Shown: positions 9,138 to 19,009 of the stretch, piece after piece
Layout of the letters: each line of letters opens with the position of its first letter
How positions within the stretch are numbered: the first letter of the stretch is position 1
Assembly: GCA_965279515.1 (NCBI GenBank)
Contig: CBDIID010000003.1
Coordinates: 1,760,001-1,824,000 of the forward strand
Length of the DNA: 64,000 bases
Direction: 5' to 3'
Origin: Turneriella sp.
Lineage (GTDB): Bacteria; Spirochaetota; Leptospiria; Turneriellales; Turneriellaceae
The notes under the pieces: generated by a model
What the model saw: only the letters and a program-made list of their open reading frames with translations
Told to the model about the DNA's origin: nothing
Databases searched by the model: none
Position numbers and translations under genes: made by a program

Positions 9138-10256
9138 TCACCACGTCATCACAGCCGCGCCGAATGTGAATCCCGCCCCATAAGCGGTCATCAGCACGCG
9201 GTTTCCCGGTTGCAATTGCCCGGACTCCAGTGCCATATGCAGCGAAACCGGCATCACGGCTGTCGAGAGTGAACCGTGCTGTGTGAGTACATCCGGGATT
9301 TTCTCTGCCGGAAAATTCAGATGTTCGGCAAGCTTGCGGATGACGTGCTTATTGGTCTGGTGCGGCAGAAAAACATCGATGTCTCCTTTGGCAAGGCTGG
9401 CATCATTCAGCACGGTATCGATTGCCTTCGGCACGTGGGTCAGCGAAAGTTTCATGATCGCGCGGCCATTCATCTTCGTATAATAGTCGGCGCGAAGAGG
9501 CACATCGTGTGCCCCGCCGACCCCGCGCTTTCCTGCGCCAGGACCACCAGTCCTGCGCTCCGTTTCGCCCGCAAGATAATACAGAGGAGAATTCAACGCA
9601 GCAGAGAACGGCGTCGCTAAGGATATGGCATCCGAATATTCGGCACCGATATGCGTCGCCAAAAGTCCCGGTTTTTCCGAGGGTGAGAGCACGACTGCCC
9701 CTGCTCCATCGCCAAACAGAACCGCATTTCTGTCGCCGCTCCGATGCACATCCTGGCCTGCCTGCGGCAGGGCAACGCCATCGTCGACCCCGCGCTTCCC
9801 TGCGCCGGGGTCACCCCTCCACAGGAAACCGGTCGAGAGTGCATCGCTGCCGATTACCAGGACAGAAATATTCTGCGACTCAACGACTGCCTTTGCCTGC
9901 GTCAGCGCATAGAGAAAGCCCGTACACCCCGCCTGCAAATCGTAACCGGGAATATGGCCCAGCTCAAGCCCCTGCGCGATGCGGCAAGCCGTCGCAGGGT
10001 AGAGCACATCGGGCGAATTGGTGGCGCAGATCACGAGGCGGATGTCCCCCCGCCCTGATTTTTGTACCGCTTCCCGGCCTGCCTCGATACCCATACCGGC
10101 AATCGTCTGTGCGGGATCGATCACCGAGCGCGTTTTGACGCCGATATTTTCCTGGATCCAGGCATCGCTGGTATCGATTATTTTTTCCAGTTCGGTATTC
10201 GACACATGCCGTTCGGGAATGTATTTTCCGACGCCGGTTATCCGCGCATAAGTCAT
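9138..10256 (-). CDS. fabH: 3-oxoacyl-ACP synthase III (FabH family) with two in-frame insertions
   Basis: AGCTGF, LFGDGAGA, PHQTN, GAGFT; GSLSTA where GNTSAA is usual. Confidence 0.85.
   Translation of the reverse strand: MTYARITGVGKYIPERHVSNTELEKIIDTSDAWIQENIGVKTRSVIDPAQTIAGMGIEAGREAVQKSGRGDIRLVICATNSPDVLYPATACRIAQGLELGHIPGYDLQAGCTGFLYALTQAKAVVESQNISVLVIGSDALSTGFLWRGDPGAGKRGVDDGVALPQAGQDVHRSGDRNAVLFGDGAGAVVLSPSEKPGLLATHIGAEYSDAISLATPFSAALNSPLYYLAGETERRTGGPGAGKRGVGGAHDVPLRADYYTKMNGRAIMKLSLTHVPKAIDTVLNDASLAKGDIDVFLPHQTNKHVIRKLAEHLNFPAEKIPDVLTQHGSLSTAVMPVSLHMALESGQLQPGNRVLMTAYGAGFTFGAAVMTW
9499..9542. repeat. Palindromic repeat copy A inside fabH
   Basis: ggcaca-tcg-tgtgcc palindrome at 9499-9513; 25-mer at 9518-9542 matches 9785-9809 at 23/25. 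Confidence 0.7.
9746..9812. repeat. Palindromic repeat copy B inside fabH
   Basis: gcacatc...cgaccccgcgcttccctgcgccggggtc with gacccc/ggggtc stem. Confidence 0.7.
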
Positions 10257-10343
10257 CTGTAAAACTCATTTGCGAGGCACACGCGTAAACGTGTTTTACG
10301 CCGCATGACACCGACGGTGCGTGAGAAGTTGCGCACTATGCCG

Positions 10344-11696
10344 TTACGCAGCATCGTCCGCTGAATATTCGCGCAGCGGCATCCGCAGGCAAAAAACACT
10401 GCCTGTAGGCGAGCTTTCTGCCAGGCTTAGCGATCCCCCGAGCTTTCTCGCGAGACTCAGCGATACCGTAAGCCCGAGGCCGGTGCCGTGTACACGTTTG
10501 CTCATATTTGAAATTCTTGAAAACGGCAAAAACAGCGAATCCCGCTCCGCTTCCGGTATGCCGCGACCCGTATCTTTTACGGAAAATTGTACTTCGCCGG
10601 CCGGCAATTTCACAATGTGCAATTCAACGCTGCCAACCAGCGTATACTTGATGGCATTAGAAAGCAGGTTGCTCAATATCTGATCCAATCGGGCCGAATC
10701 ACTGAGAATAACCCTGGGCAACGCCGGATCAATCGCAAGAGAGAGAGAAAGCCCCTTTGCTGAAGCGGCCGTCGCAAAGGTACTCTGTAAATCCTTAGCG
10801 CATTCCGCCAAATCAACAGGGCCTTCGACGATCGACACGTCACCGACTTCTTGTGCCCGCACGACCAGCAAGTCATCAATACGTCGCAGCAACTGTAGCG
10901 CCGAACGTTCCATATGTTCCAATATTCCGTTTCGGTTAAGGCTTTCGGGACCGTCTCTGAGTAGCCGCACTCCGCTAACGACGGAAGCCAGCGGTGTACG
11001 CAACTCATGCGACATTGCCGCAAGAAAATCCGAACGCTGAACGAGCGATGCCTCGGCGGCGTTTTTCATTCGAACAAGTTCTTCGTTCAGCGCAAGAAGT
11101 TTCAGGTTTTTTTGCCTGAGCAACGTTTGCTCGGTATCGAACTGTTTCCTCAAGCCGCTGAAAAAAAGCACCTGAAAGATCAGCGTAACCGATATGCCGA
11201 CGAGCAGGTCTTGCCAATGGGCTGAAACATCGTGGTAATGGGTAATCAGTCCAGGATAAAAAAGTTGTAATACGATAAGCAACGCCAGCAGGAGTGAAAA
11301 TCCGCCGACAAACCACACATGGCGGCGTTGTTCGTGTGCGGCTAAGAGCCATGACATAACCAGGTAAAACAGATAAGGAGACGAACCGAAGATGCCGTCC
11401 GAACTAAACCAGCTGACAACAGCTACACCGGCCCCCACCAGGACGATTATTGCGAGTATGGGGTTCATATTCTGCGATTTGCGGGCATACCCATATACCA
11501 AAACAAGCAGGCCACCTGCAGCCGCCGAAGTAACCGTGATGACCCATCCCTGTCGGGTTGCCAGGTTAATTACTGTAGCGGCGATTCCCAACGCCGCGCC
11601 CCATGCGGTCAAAACCATAATTTGGCGCTTTTGGAAAGAATCACCAGGATACCCGGCGAAGAAGATACGTAAATGCGCGAAGATGTTTGCCATCAA
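10344..11696 (-). CDS. Membrane sensor histidine kinase
   Basis: About 6 TM helices; SHELRTPL H-box; NLLSNAIKYT; DTGRGI; GTGLGL. Confidence 0.93.
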   Translation of the reverse strand: MMANIFAHLRIFFAGYPGDSFQKRQIMVLTAWGAALGIAATVINLATRQGWVITVTSAAAGGLLVLVYGYARKSQNMNPILAIIVLVGAGVAVVSWFSSDGIFGSSPYLFYLVMSWLLAAHEQRRHVWFVGGFSLLLALLIVLQLFYPGLITHYHDVSAHWQDLLVGISVTLIFQVLFFSGLRKQFDTEQTLLRQKNLKLLALNEELVRMKNAAEASLVQRSDFLAAMSHELRTPLASVVSGVRLLRDGPESLNRNGILEHMERSALQLLRRIDDLLVVRAQEVGDVSIVEGPVDLAECAKDLQSTFATAASAKGLSLSLAIDPALPRVILSDSARLDQILSNLLSNAIKYTLVGSVELHIVKLPAGEVQFSVKDTGRGIPEAERDSLFLPFSRISNMSKRVHGTGLGLTVSLSLARKLGGSLSLAESSPTGSVFCLRMPLREYSADDAA

Positions 11697-11806
11697 GCCT
11701 CAAAGAAGGAAATTTTGAATAGGTCGTAAAGTGCAAGATACCGGGGACGAACTTGAAAGTTTGAAGAACCTTTTCAGACTTGCGCATGGCTGCATCCATA
11801 AGACTC

Positions 11807-12820
11807 ATGGAAAAGATTCCCCGCGTCAGCATCGTCATGCCCGTACGCAATGCGGCGCCGTGGCTCGCCGAAACCCTGGACTCCATTGCCGCACAAACCC
11901 TGGAAGATTTTGAGCTCATCGCCGTCAACGACCGCAGCACAGACGAAACGCTTTCGATGCTGACGACCGCTGCGGCGGATGACAAACGGATCCGCATTCT
12001 CGAAAATCAAGGCACGGGCCTGGTTGCTGCGCTCAACACCGGTATGGCAGCGGCGACGGCACCCTTTATCGCACGCATGGACGGCGACGATTTTATGTCT
12101 CCGCAACGCCTCTCTTTGCAGGTCCGGTATCTCGAGCGGCATGCCACAGCCGCCGCCGTGACGGGCCATGTCGAACACTGGGGCGACGCCGGTCTCACGG
12201 CGGGTTATTCGCGTTATGTCGACTTTATTAACTCGCTAAGAACACCGGAAGACTACTTCTTGAAACAGTTTGTTGAATCTCCGATGGCGCACCCGTCGGT
12301 CATGCTGCGCGCCTCGGTGTTGCCGCAGCACCCCTACCGCGACGGCGACTTCCCGGAGGATTACGATCTCTGGCTGCGGCTCTTCGCCGAAGGGAAGGAA
12401 TTCCACAGCATTCCTGAAACGGTGTTGCGCTGGCGTGACCATCCGCAGCGCACATCGCGCATCGACCCACGCTATGACATCGAAAAATTTTACCGCCACA
12501 AGGCGACATTTCTTGCCGACTGGCTTAAAAAAAAAGGCCATCACAGCGCCATTATCTGGTCAGGGGGCAGGCGTACCCGCCGCCGCATCGATGCCCTGCG
12601 GGCCACGGGAATAACAATTTCAGGCTATGTCGATGTGCATCCGCGCCGCATCGGCCAAACCATCGACGGAGTCCGGGTGATGGCGCCGGAAGAATTGCAC
12701 AGGGATACCGCGGGATTTATCGTTGTCTATGTGGGCTCTGCCGGCGTGCGGGCCATTATCACAGAACACTTGTTATCGCTTGGGTTTAAAGAAGGAAGCC
12801 ATTTTCTCTGCGCTGCCTGA
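11807..12820 (+). CDS. Glycosyltransferase family 2 with C-terminal Rossmann-like domain
   Basis: VSIVMPVRN, VNDRSTD, ARMDGDD, EDYDLW; start could be 11786 or 11807. Confidence 0.9.
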   Translation: MEKIPRVSIVMPVRNAAPWLAETLDSIAAQTLEDFELIAVNDRSTDETLSMLTTAAADDKRIRILENQGTGLVAALNTGMAAATAPFIARMDGDDFMSPQRLSLQVRYLERHATAAAVTGHVEHWGDAGLTAGYSRYVDFINSLRTPEDYFLKQFVESPMAHPSVMLRASVLPQHPYRDGDFPEDYDLWLRLFAEGKEFHSIPETVLRWRDHPQRTSRIDPRYDIEKFYRHKATFLADWLKKKGHHSAIIWSGGRRTRRRIDALRATGITISGYVDVHPRRIGQTIDGVRVMAPEELHRDTAGFIVVYVGSAGVRAIITEHLLSLGFKEGSHFLCAA

Positions 12821-12845
12821 GCAAAACTTGACGTCATAAAACCCC

Positions 12846-14753
12846 ATGCCTTTTCCACCCTCCATGAGCAAAGCACGGACATTCTATGACCTTTTCAAAA
12901 TTGCAGCGGTCGAAAGCCCAAACCTCGAATCATTCAAAATCCGTAAAAAGAACGGCAAGATCCAGGGGCGCACCTTCAAAGAAATACACGCGCTGGTGGC
13001 GGAACTCGCCGCGGGCCTGAATGCCAGCGGCATTAAAGCGGGGGATCGCATCACTCTGCTCTGCGACAGCTCACCCAACTGGATTCTCGCCGACGCGGCG
13101 ATCATAGGCGCAGGTGCTGTCTGCGTACCGCGCGGCACCGACGTCACCGACGACGACATTCTCTATATCATCGGGCACAGCGAAAGCCGCTGGGCGATCG
13201 TGCAGCAAAAAAAGGATCGTGATCGCTTGCTGGCATTCAGCAAAGACCTCCCTCTCCTTGAAAAAATAATCGTTCTGGAAGAAGGCGATTTTAATCTCGC
13301 GGCGGGAGAACACTCGGTTGCGGAACTTCTGAACGCGGGCAAAGCAGCGCTCGGGAAAGATCCCGCGCTGGTTGAAGATCTCAACCAAAAATGTAATCCC
13401 ACAGATATGGCCACAATCATCTATACGAGCGGCACCACCGGTGCACCGAAGGGAGTCATGCTCAATCAAACCGGCTGGCTGAACGCGCTCGATCGCGCGC
13501 TCGAAATGAAGATCTTCGTCAAAGGTGATTCCGCGCTGTCGCTATTGCCGCCCTGGCATGCCTTCGAGCGCGCGGTCGAATATGGTGTGATGATGGTGCA
13601 GTGCCCGTTCATGATTTCAGGCATCAATACGCTCCGGCAAGATCTCGCCGAATTCAAACCGACAAGTTTCCCTTCGGTGCCGCGCATCTGGGAGTCTCTC
13701 TACAACGGCATCATGCAGAAGCTCGAAAAGGAATCGCCTCTCAAACGCGGGATCTTCCACTTTTTCCTCGGCGTGGGTACTGAATGGGCCAAATTTGACG
13801 CGATCTTCAACGGTTATGATCTGCAGGTAAAACCCAAGCCGGCGCTCGAAGAGGCGTTGGGAAAAATGACTGCGGCCGGGGCCCTTGCATTCCTGTTTCC
13901 GCTAAAGCTCGCTTCAGGCGCAATCTTTGCGCCAATCCACAAGGCACTGGGCGGGCAGGTAAAAAAATCCGTGTCGGGCGGCTCGGCGCTGCCACAGATG
14001 GTCGACCAGTTTCTCACTGCCATCGGTGTCAAAGTCATCGAGGGTTATGGCATGACCGAGACCTCGGCGCTCATTAGCCTGCGCGATCTCGCAAAACCCG
14101 TGGGTGGCACAGTGGGCCGTCCCTTCCCGGGTTACCAGATTAAACTCAAGGATGAATCCGGGCGCGAAGTACCGCTCGAACCCGGGGCCAAGGGCACGCT
14201 CTGGGTACAGTCAAACCAATTACTTTTAGGTTACTATAAACGCCCCGAACTGAATGAGGTGGTGTTCGACAAAGACAAATTCTTCGACACGGGCGACATC
14301 ATGGTCTATACCTCGCAAGGCGATCTGATGTTCGCAGGGCGCAGCAAAGAAACTCTGGCGCTGGCGGGCGGCGAGAATATTGAACCCGTGCCCATCGAAG
14401 ACAAGCTGCTCGCCTCTGAATTCATCGATCAGGTCATGGTCGTGGGTGACGATAAAAAGACACTGGGCGCGATTATCGTTCCGCACTACGACAAGGTACG
14501 CGCGCAGACAGGATTAAATATTCCTGAAACCGAGTGGAATGCGAACGCGGCGATTCGGGAAATTTTTAAAGCAGAAATTTCAAAGCGCATCTCGGCAAAA
14601 ACCGGCTTTAAGAGTTTTGAGCTGATTCCAAAGAATATTTTTTATCTGGCGCCGAAAGCGTTCGAACCAGGCATAGAACTCACACGCACCTACAAGCTGC
14701 GGCGCACCGTCATCAAGGAAAAATTCAGCGAACAGATCGAGGCGATGTATTAA
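12846..14753 (+). CDS. Long-chain fatty acid--CoA ligase (AMP-binding)
   Basis: IIYTSGTTGAPKG, EGYGMTET, FDTGD. Confidence 0.93.
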   Translation: MPFPPSMSKARTFYDLFKIAAVESPNLESFKIRKKNGKIQGRTFKEIHALVAELAAGLNASGIKAGDRITLLCDSSPNWILADAAIIGAGAVCVPRGTDVTDDDILYIIGHSESRWAIVQQKKDRDRLLAFSKDLPLLEKIIVLEEGDFNLAAGEHSVAELLNAGKAALGKDPALVEDLNQKCNPTDMATIIYTSGTTGAPKGVMLNQTGWLNALDRALEMKIFVKGDSALSLLPPWHAFERAVEYGVMMVQCPFMISGINTLRQDLAEFKPTSFPSVPRIWESLYNGIMQKLEKESPLKRGIFHFFLGVGTEWAKFDAIFNGYDLQVKPKPALEEALGKMTAAGALAFLFPLKLASGAIFAPIHKALGGQVKKSVSGGSALPQMVDQFLTAIGVKVIEGYGMTETSALISLRDLAKPVGGTVGRPFPGYQIKLKDESGREVPLEPGAKGTLWVQSNQLLLGYYKRPELNEVVFDKDKFFDTGDIMVYTSQGDLMFAGRSKETLALAGGENIEPVPIEDKLLASEFIDQVMVVGDDKKTLGAIIVPHYDKVRAQTGLNIPETEWNANAAIREIFKAEISKRISAKTGFKSFELIPKNIFYLAPKAFEPGIELTRTYKLRRTVIKEKFSEQIEAMY

Positions 14754-14754
14754 A

Positions 14755-16221
14755 TCAGGTGCCGCAGAAAGTGCGGTAAGGCTCGCCGTCTACCGGCGCG
14801 GCCTTGCGGTAATCGGCGTTCGCGGCTGATTCGGTGAATGGGGCCGTGACGGCCTGCCAGAGATTTTGCAGAACGCTCAGGTCACCTTGCACAGCTGCGG
14901 CAAGCGCCTCTTCGACCTTGTGATTGCGCGGAATCACAGCCGGGTTCACCGCGCGCATGTTTTGTTTTGCTTCGCCCGGTGACATGCTTTGGCGCGCGAG
15001 CCGTTCGTGCCAGAGCTTTGACCAGCTGTGGAAATCCGCATCAGCGAATAGCGCTGAATCGGGCAGGTTATCTTCAGAGAGGTGACGGAAAGTATTGGTA
15101 TAATCGGCGCCGTGTTTTTCCATCAGAGCCAGCAAACCAAAGGCAAGATCGGCGTCTTTATCTTCGGTGTTAATAATCCCCAGTTTTGCGCGCATGCCAC
15201 GCAGCCAATAGTTGTTAAAGCTCTCGCCAAATTCGGCGAGCGCCTGTTGCGCAAGTTCAATCGCCTTCGCATCGTCTGCGTCTATCAGCGGCAGCAACGT
15301 CTCTGCAAGGCGGGCGAGATTCCACGAGGCGATGCGCGGCTGGTTGGCGTATGCGTAGCGGCCATGCTGGTCGATAGAACTGAATACCGTCGCGGGATTA
15401 TACGCGTCCATAAACGCGCAGGGACCGAAGTCGATCGACTCGCCCGATAGGGCCATGTTATCGGTGTTCATCACGCCATGGATAAAACCGACAAGCTGCC
15501 ACTGGGCGATGAGCTTTGCCTGGTTCCCGGCAATCGCCTGGAAGAATGCGAGGTAGATATTTTCCTTCTGCAGAACTTCAGGGTAATGCCGGCGGATTGT
15601 GTAATCGGCCAAGGCCTTCACCGTGCCGATGTCTCCCTGAGCCGCAGCGAATTCGAATGTGCCAACCCGAATATGACTCGCCGCCACGCGCGTCAGAATC
15701 GCGCCCGGCAAAACATTTTCACGGTACACGGGTTCACCTGTCGCCACGACCGCCAGGCTTTGCGTCGTGGGGATTCCCAACGCATGCAGCGCTTCGCTGA
15801 TGATATATTCGCGCAGCATCGGCCCCAGCGCCGCACGGCCGTCGCCGCGGCGCGAATACGGCGTCTGCCCCGAGCCCTTCAGTTGAATGTCGAAGCGTTT
15901 ACCGTCAGGCGTCACCTGCTCGCACAAAAGAATCGCGCGCCCGTCGCCCAGCACCGTAAAATGGCCGAACTGGTGTCCCGCGTATGCCTGCGCGAGCGGT
16001 TCTGCGCCCAAGGGTAAATCATTGCCTGAAAAAAGTGCCGCGAGTTTTTCGGGCGCCTCACCGGCAAGGTCAAGGCCAAGCTCGCGCGCGAGGCGATGGT
16101 TAAAAATCACCAGGGTGGGCTCTGCGATCGTGGCCGGTTTTGCCGCGGCGAATAAAATGCCGGGCAGCGTTCGGTAACTATTGTCTAAATTCCAGCCGGC
16201 TGTTTGTGTAGAAGTTGTCAC
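14755..16221 (-). CDS. selO: Protein adenylyltransferase SelO/YdiU family
   Basis: YAGHQFG, LGDGRA, QLKGSG, RRGDGRA, HGVMNTDN, C-terminal FCGT; start inferred at GTG 16221. Confidence 0.93.
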   Translation of the reverse strand: MTTSTQTAGWNLDNSYRTLPGILFAAAKPATIAEPTLVIFNHRLARELGLDLAGEAPEKLAALFSGNDLPLGAEPLAQAYAGHQFGHFTVLGDGRAILLCEQVTPDGKRFDIQLKGSGQTPYSRRGDGRAALGPMLREYIISEALHALGIPTTQSLAVVATGEPVYRENVLPGAILTRVAASHIRVGTFEFAAAQGDIGTVKALADYTIRRHYPEVLQKENIYLAFFQAIAGNQAKLIAQWQLVGFIHGVMNTDNMALSGESIDFGPCAFMDAYNPATVFSSIDQHGRYAYANQPRIASWNLARLAETLLPLIDADDAKAIELAQQALAEFGESFNNYWLRGMRAKLGIINTEDKDADLAFGLLALMEKHGADYTNTFRHLSEDNLPDSALFADADFHSWSKLWHERLARQSMSPGEAKQNMRAVNPAVIPRNHKVEEALAAAVQGDLSVLQNLWQAVTAPFTESAANADYRKAAPVDGEPYRTFCGT

Positions 16222-16321
16222 AGATGCATGCAAGTTAAGGAGGATGGCCAGCGGCGGCGAATAAAAACCTCGCCACGCCACATTTGCTTGACGATGAAAA
16301 GCTACACAAAACTGCAACAGC

Positions 16322-16795
16322 ATGACCTTGCCAACCCTTCTCGCAGGCCTGCACTTTCTGGGGCTCGGCCTCGCCTTTCTTGGCAGCGGCAGCCGTATCG
16401 CAGCCCTCGATAGGGTGGCGCAAGGCGATCGTGGCCAACTGAAAGCCGTATTTGCAGCCGACAATATCTGGGGAATTTCCGCCCTGTTGCTGCTGGCGAC
16501 GGGGCTGGTGAGGGCATTCGCCGGCTATGAAAAGGGCAGCACGTTTTATCTGAACAATGCGGCGTTTTTTGTAAAGCTGGGGTTATTCCTTCTCGTATTT
16601 GCGCTAGAGATTCTGCCGATGATCACGCTCATCCAGTGGCGCATTGCCGGGGCAAAGGGTCAAACACCGCCCATGGAACAGCTGGTAAAAAAATCACGCA
16701 AGCTGCGCGGGATTTCCATAGTGCAGATGTTCCTGCTGGTGGTTTTGGTTCTCACCGCCTCGACCATGGCGCGCGGCCTCTGGATGCTGCATTGA
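16322..16795 (+). CDS. DUF2214-like membrane protein
   Basis: ADNIWGISA, EKGSTFY, LEILPMITLIQWR, MARG; 4 TM helices. Confidence 0.75.
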   Translation: MTLPTLLAGLHFLGLGLAFLGSGSRIAALDRVAQGDRGQLKAVFAADNIWGISALLLLATGLVRAFAGYEKGSTFYLNNAAFFVKLGLFLLVFALEILPMITLIQWRIAGAKGQTPPMEQLVKKSRKLRGISIVQMFLLVVLVLTASTMARGLWMLH

Positions 16796-17445
16796 TACCG
16801 CGGATAAAAATCTGCTGCATCGGCTCGGTCGCCGAGGCGCGCCTCGCGATCGAACACGGTGCCGCAGCTGTTGGCCTCGTCGGCCATATGCCCAGCGGGC
16901 CAGGTATCATTACCGATGAAGCAATCCGTGAAATCGCCCTGAGCGTGCCGCCCGGTATTTCAAGTTTTCTTTTGACCAGCGAGACGACGGTTCAGGCCAT
17001 CGTCGCCCACCATAAAAAAGTACGCACCTCGACGATACAGCTCGTCGATGCACTGAGTTCGGGAAGTTATGCAGACCTGAGAGCAGAGCTCCCCGGGGTT
17101 AAACTCGTTCAGGTGATTCATGTTCTGGATAAGAAAAACGTCGATGAGGCTCTGAGCATTGCGCGTGAAGTCGACGCATTGCTGCTCGACAGTGGTAATC
17201 CTAATCTCGCCGTCAAAGAACTCGGCGGCACGGGCCGCACGCACAACTGGCAGATCAGCCGGCAGATTGTGGATGCCTCGCCGGTACCGGTCTATCTCGC
17301 CGGTGGACTCAATGCCGCGAATGTGCGTGAAGCGATCGAAACCGTGAGGCCGTTTGGTCTCGACCTGTGCAGCAGTGTGCGCACGAATGGAAAACTTGAC
17401 GCAGAAAAGCTAAGCACCTTCGCGCAAGCGGTGCGCAGCAGTTAG
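16792..17445 (+). CDS. trpF: Phosphoribosylanthranilate isomerase family protein
   Basis: RIKICCI, LLLDSG, GGTGRTHNW, LAGGL; TTG start overlapping the upstream stop. Confidence 0.85.
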   Translation: MIPRIKICCIGSVAEARLAIEHGAAAVGLVGHMPSGPGIITDEAIREIALSVPPGISSFLLTSETTVQAIVAHHKKVRTSTIQLVDALSSGSYADLRAELPGVKLVQVIHVLDKKNVDEALSIAREVDALLLDSGNPNLAVKELGGTGRTHNWQISRQIVDASPVPVYLAGGLNAANVREAIETVRPFGLDLCSSVRTNGKLDAEKLSTFAQAVRSS

Positions 17446-18551
17446 CCGTTATTCAGGCGAATCTTGCCACCAGCGATAATAAATCCGCCGGCAGTATCAT
17501 AGAGCACGCCCGCCTGCCCCGGCGTCACAGCCCATGCGGGTTCAGTGAGTTCAACGCGCAATAAATCCCCTTCCCTATAAGCAGTCGCTGCGAGGGGCTT
17601 GCCATTATAACGGATCTGTGCAAGGCAGGGCACACCCTCGCTCCAGGCGCGATCATCAGCTGCCACGCCCTGGAAAATGACATCGCGGATATAAAATGTT
17701 TTGCGTTCAAGTTCTTCGCGCGGCCCTAAAATGACATCGCCATTGGAGAGCACATCGAGCACAAATTGCGCTTCGGCAAAACCCGCCACGCCCAAACCCT
17801 TGCGCTGGCCGATGGTAAATCCCACTGAGCCATCGTGTTTACCTAAAATTGCGCCGAGTCGGTTGCGAAAATAACCCGGCCGCATATCGACGCCCTCGCG
17901 CTTCAGGAAAGCGCGGTGGTCGTTGTCGGGAATAAAACAAATCTCTTGCGAGTCGGGTTTGCGCGCGACGGGAATGTTATTTTCTTCGGCGATGCGGCGC
18001 GCATCGTCTTTGACGATTTTCGCCAAAGGAAAAACCGTGCGCGCGAGCGAGTCCTGCGACATGCCATAGAGATAATAGCTCTGGTCCTTTTTTTTATCCG
18101 CCGCAGGCGCAACCGCGTAGCGGCCATTGGGCAGGTGCACAATGTCGGCATAGTGGCCGGTCGCGATCTGGTCAAAACCCAACGCCGTGGCCTTGGTATA
18201 AAACTCACCGAACTTGATATAAGTATTGCAATGCACGCAGGGGTTGGGCGTCAGCCCGTTCTGGTAATCGGCAACAAAGGGGTCGATCACGTTCTCGCGG
18301 AAGTCGGCTTCCATCTTCAAAGCATAGAAGGGGATGCCCATACCGCGCGCCGATTTTTCCGCATCGGCCATGTCTTCAGGCGAGCAGCACGAGGTGATAC
18401 GCGATTTCTTGGTGACGTCGGTTTCACACTCGGTTTTGTATTCCCAAAACCGCATGTTGGCACCAATGACCTCATGCCCCTGCTCTTTTAAGAGGTAGGC
18501 AGAGACGGCCGAATCGACACCGCCTGACATCGCACAGAGAACGCGCGCCAT
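17442..18551 (-). CDS. mnmA: tRNA 2-thiouridine(34) synthase
   Basis: SGGVDS, PNPCVHCN, ATGHY, KDQSY, DSQEICF, TIGQRKG, TPGQ. Confidence 0.97.
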   Translation of the reverse strand: MARVLCAMSGGVDSAVSAYLLKEQGHEVIGANMRFWEYKTECETDVTKKSRITSCCSPEDMADAEKSARGMGIPFYALKMEADFRENVIDPFVADYQNGLTPNPCVHCNTYIKFGEFYTKATALGFDQIATGHYADIVHLPNGRYAVAPAADKKKDQSYYLYGMSQDSLARTVFPLAKIVKDDARRIAEENNIPVARKPDSQEICFIPDNDHRAFLKREGVDMRPGYFRNRLGAILGKHDGSVGFTIGQRKGLGVAGFAEAQFVLDVLSNGDVILGPREELERKTFYIRDVIFQGVAADDRAWSEGVPCLAQIRYNGKPLAATAYREGDLLRVELTEPAWAVTPGQAGVLYDTAGGFIIAGGKIRLNNG

Positions 18552-18555
18552 AGGG

Positions 18556-18876
18556 CTAGTACCGGGCCATATTGGGGTCTATACGTACTGCCCAATCTTC
18601 GATGCCGCCCGCCAGGTTTGAAACATTTTTGAAGCCCTGAGACAGTAAATACTCGGCCGCGCGCTGTGAGCGCCCGCCGTGGTGGCATTGGATAACAAGT
18701 TCGTCTTGGGGGTCGAGCTCGCCGGCACGCTGCGTCAGCTCATGGAGCGGAATATGCACCGCGCCCTCGATTTTACAGATATCGAGTTCGTTCGCCTGGC
18801 GCACGTCGACTAGGACAAATTTTTCCCCGGCGTCGAATTTTGCCTTGAGCTGTTCTACGGAAAGCTGATCGATCAT
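18556..18876 (-). CDS. Single-domain rhodanese (sulfurtransferase)
   Basis: LVDVR, active-site CHHGGRS, NLAGGIEDW; ends 4 nt before the mnmA start. Confidence 0.9.
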   Translation of the reverse strand: MIDQLSVEQLKAKFDAGEKFVLVDVRQANELDICKIEGAVHIPLHELTQRAGELDPQDELVIQCHHGGRSQRAAEYLLSQGFKNVSNLAGGIEDWAVRIDPNMARY

Positions 18877-18945
18877 CGAGCAAAATATACAACCGAAACA
18901 TGCCGTAAGCCAGAAAAGACTCCGCACTGCTCAGGCACCCGCATC

Positions 18946-19007
18946 AGCTTTTTAGGATAGAACTCCCAAAAAGTCTTGACTATTTGGGAGTAAGAGTCCA
19001 AATAGTC
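18946..19007 (+). promoter_or_regulatory. Tandem palindromes over the putative promoter of the AAA/DUF4143 gene
   Basis: gactatttgg-N10-ccaaatagtc at 18978-19007; actcccaaa/tttgggagt at 18962-18991; TTGACT at 18976. Confidence 0.55.
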
Positions 19008-19009
19008 GA

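Noticed and set aside
14755..14770. selO ends in TGA, possible selenocysteine readthrough
   Set aside because: The FCGT ending already has Cys at the redox position, and the convergent gene's stop is 1 nt away.
16222..16464. N-terminal extension of the selO ORF
   Set aside because: It overlaps the divergent DUF2214-like gene; recognisable SelO sequence begins near 16221.
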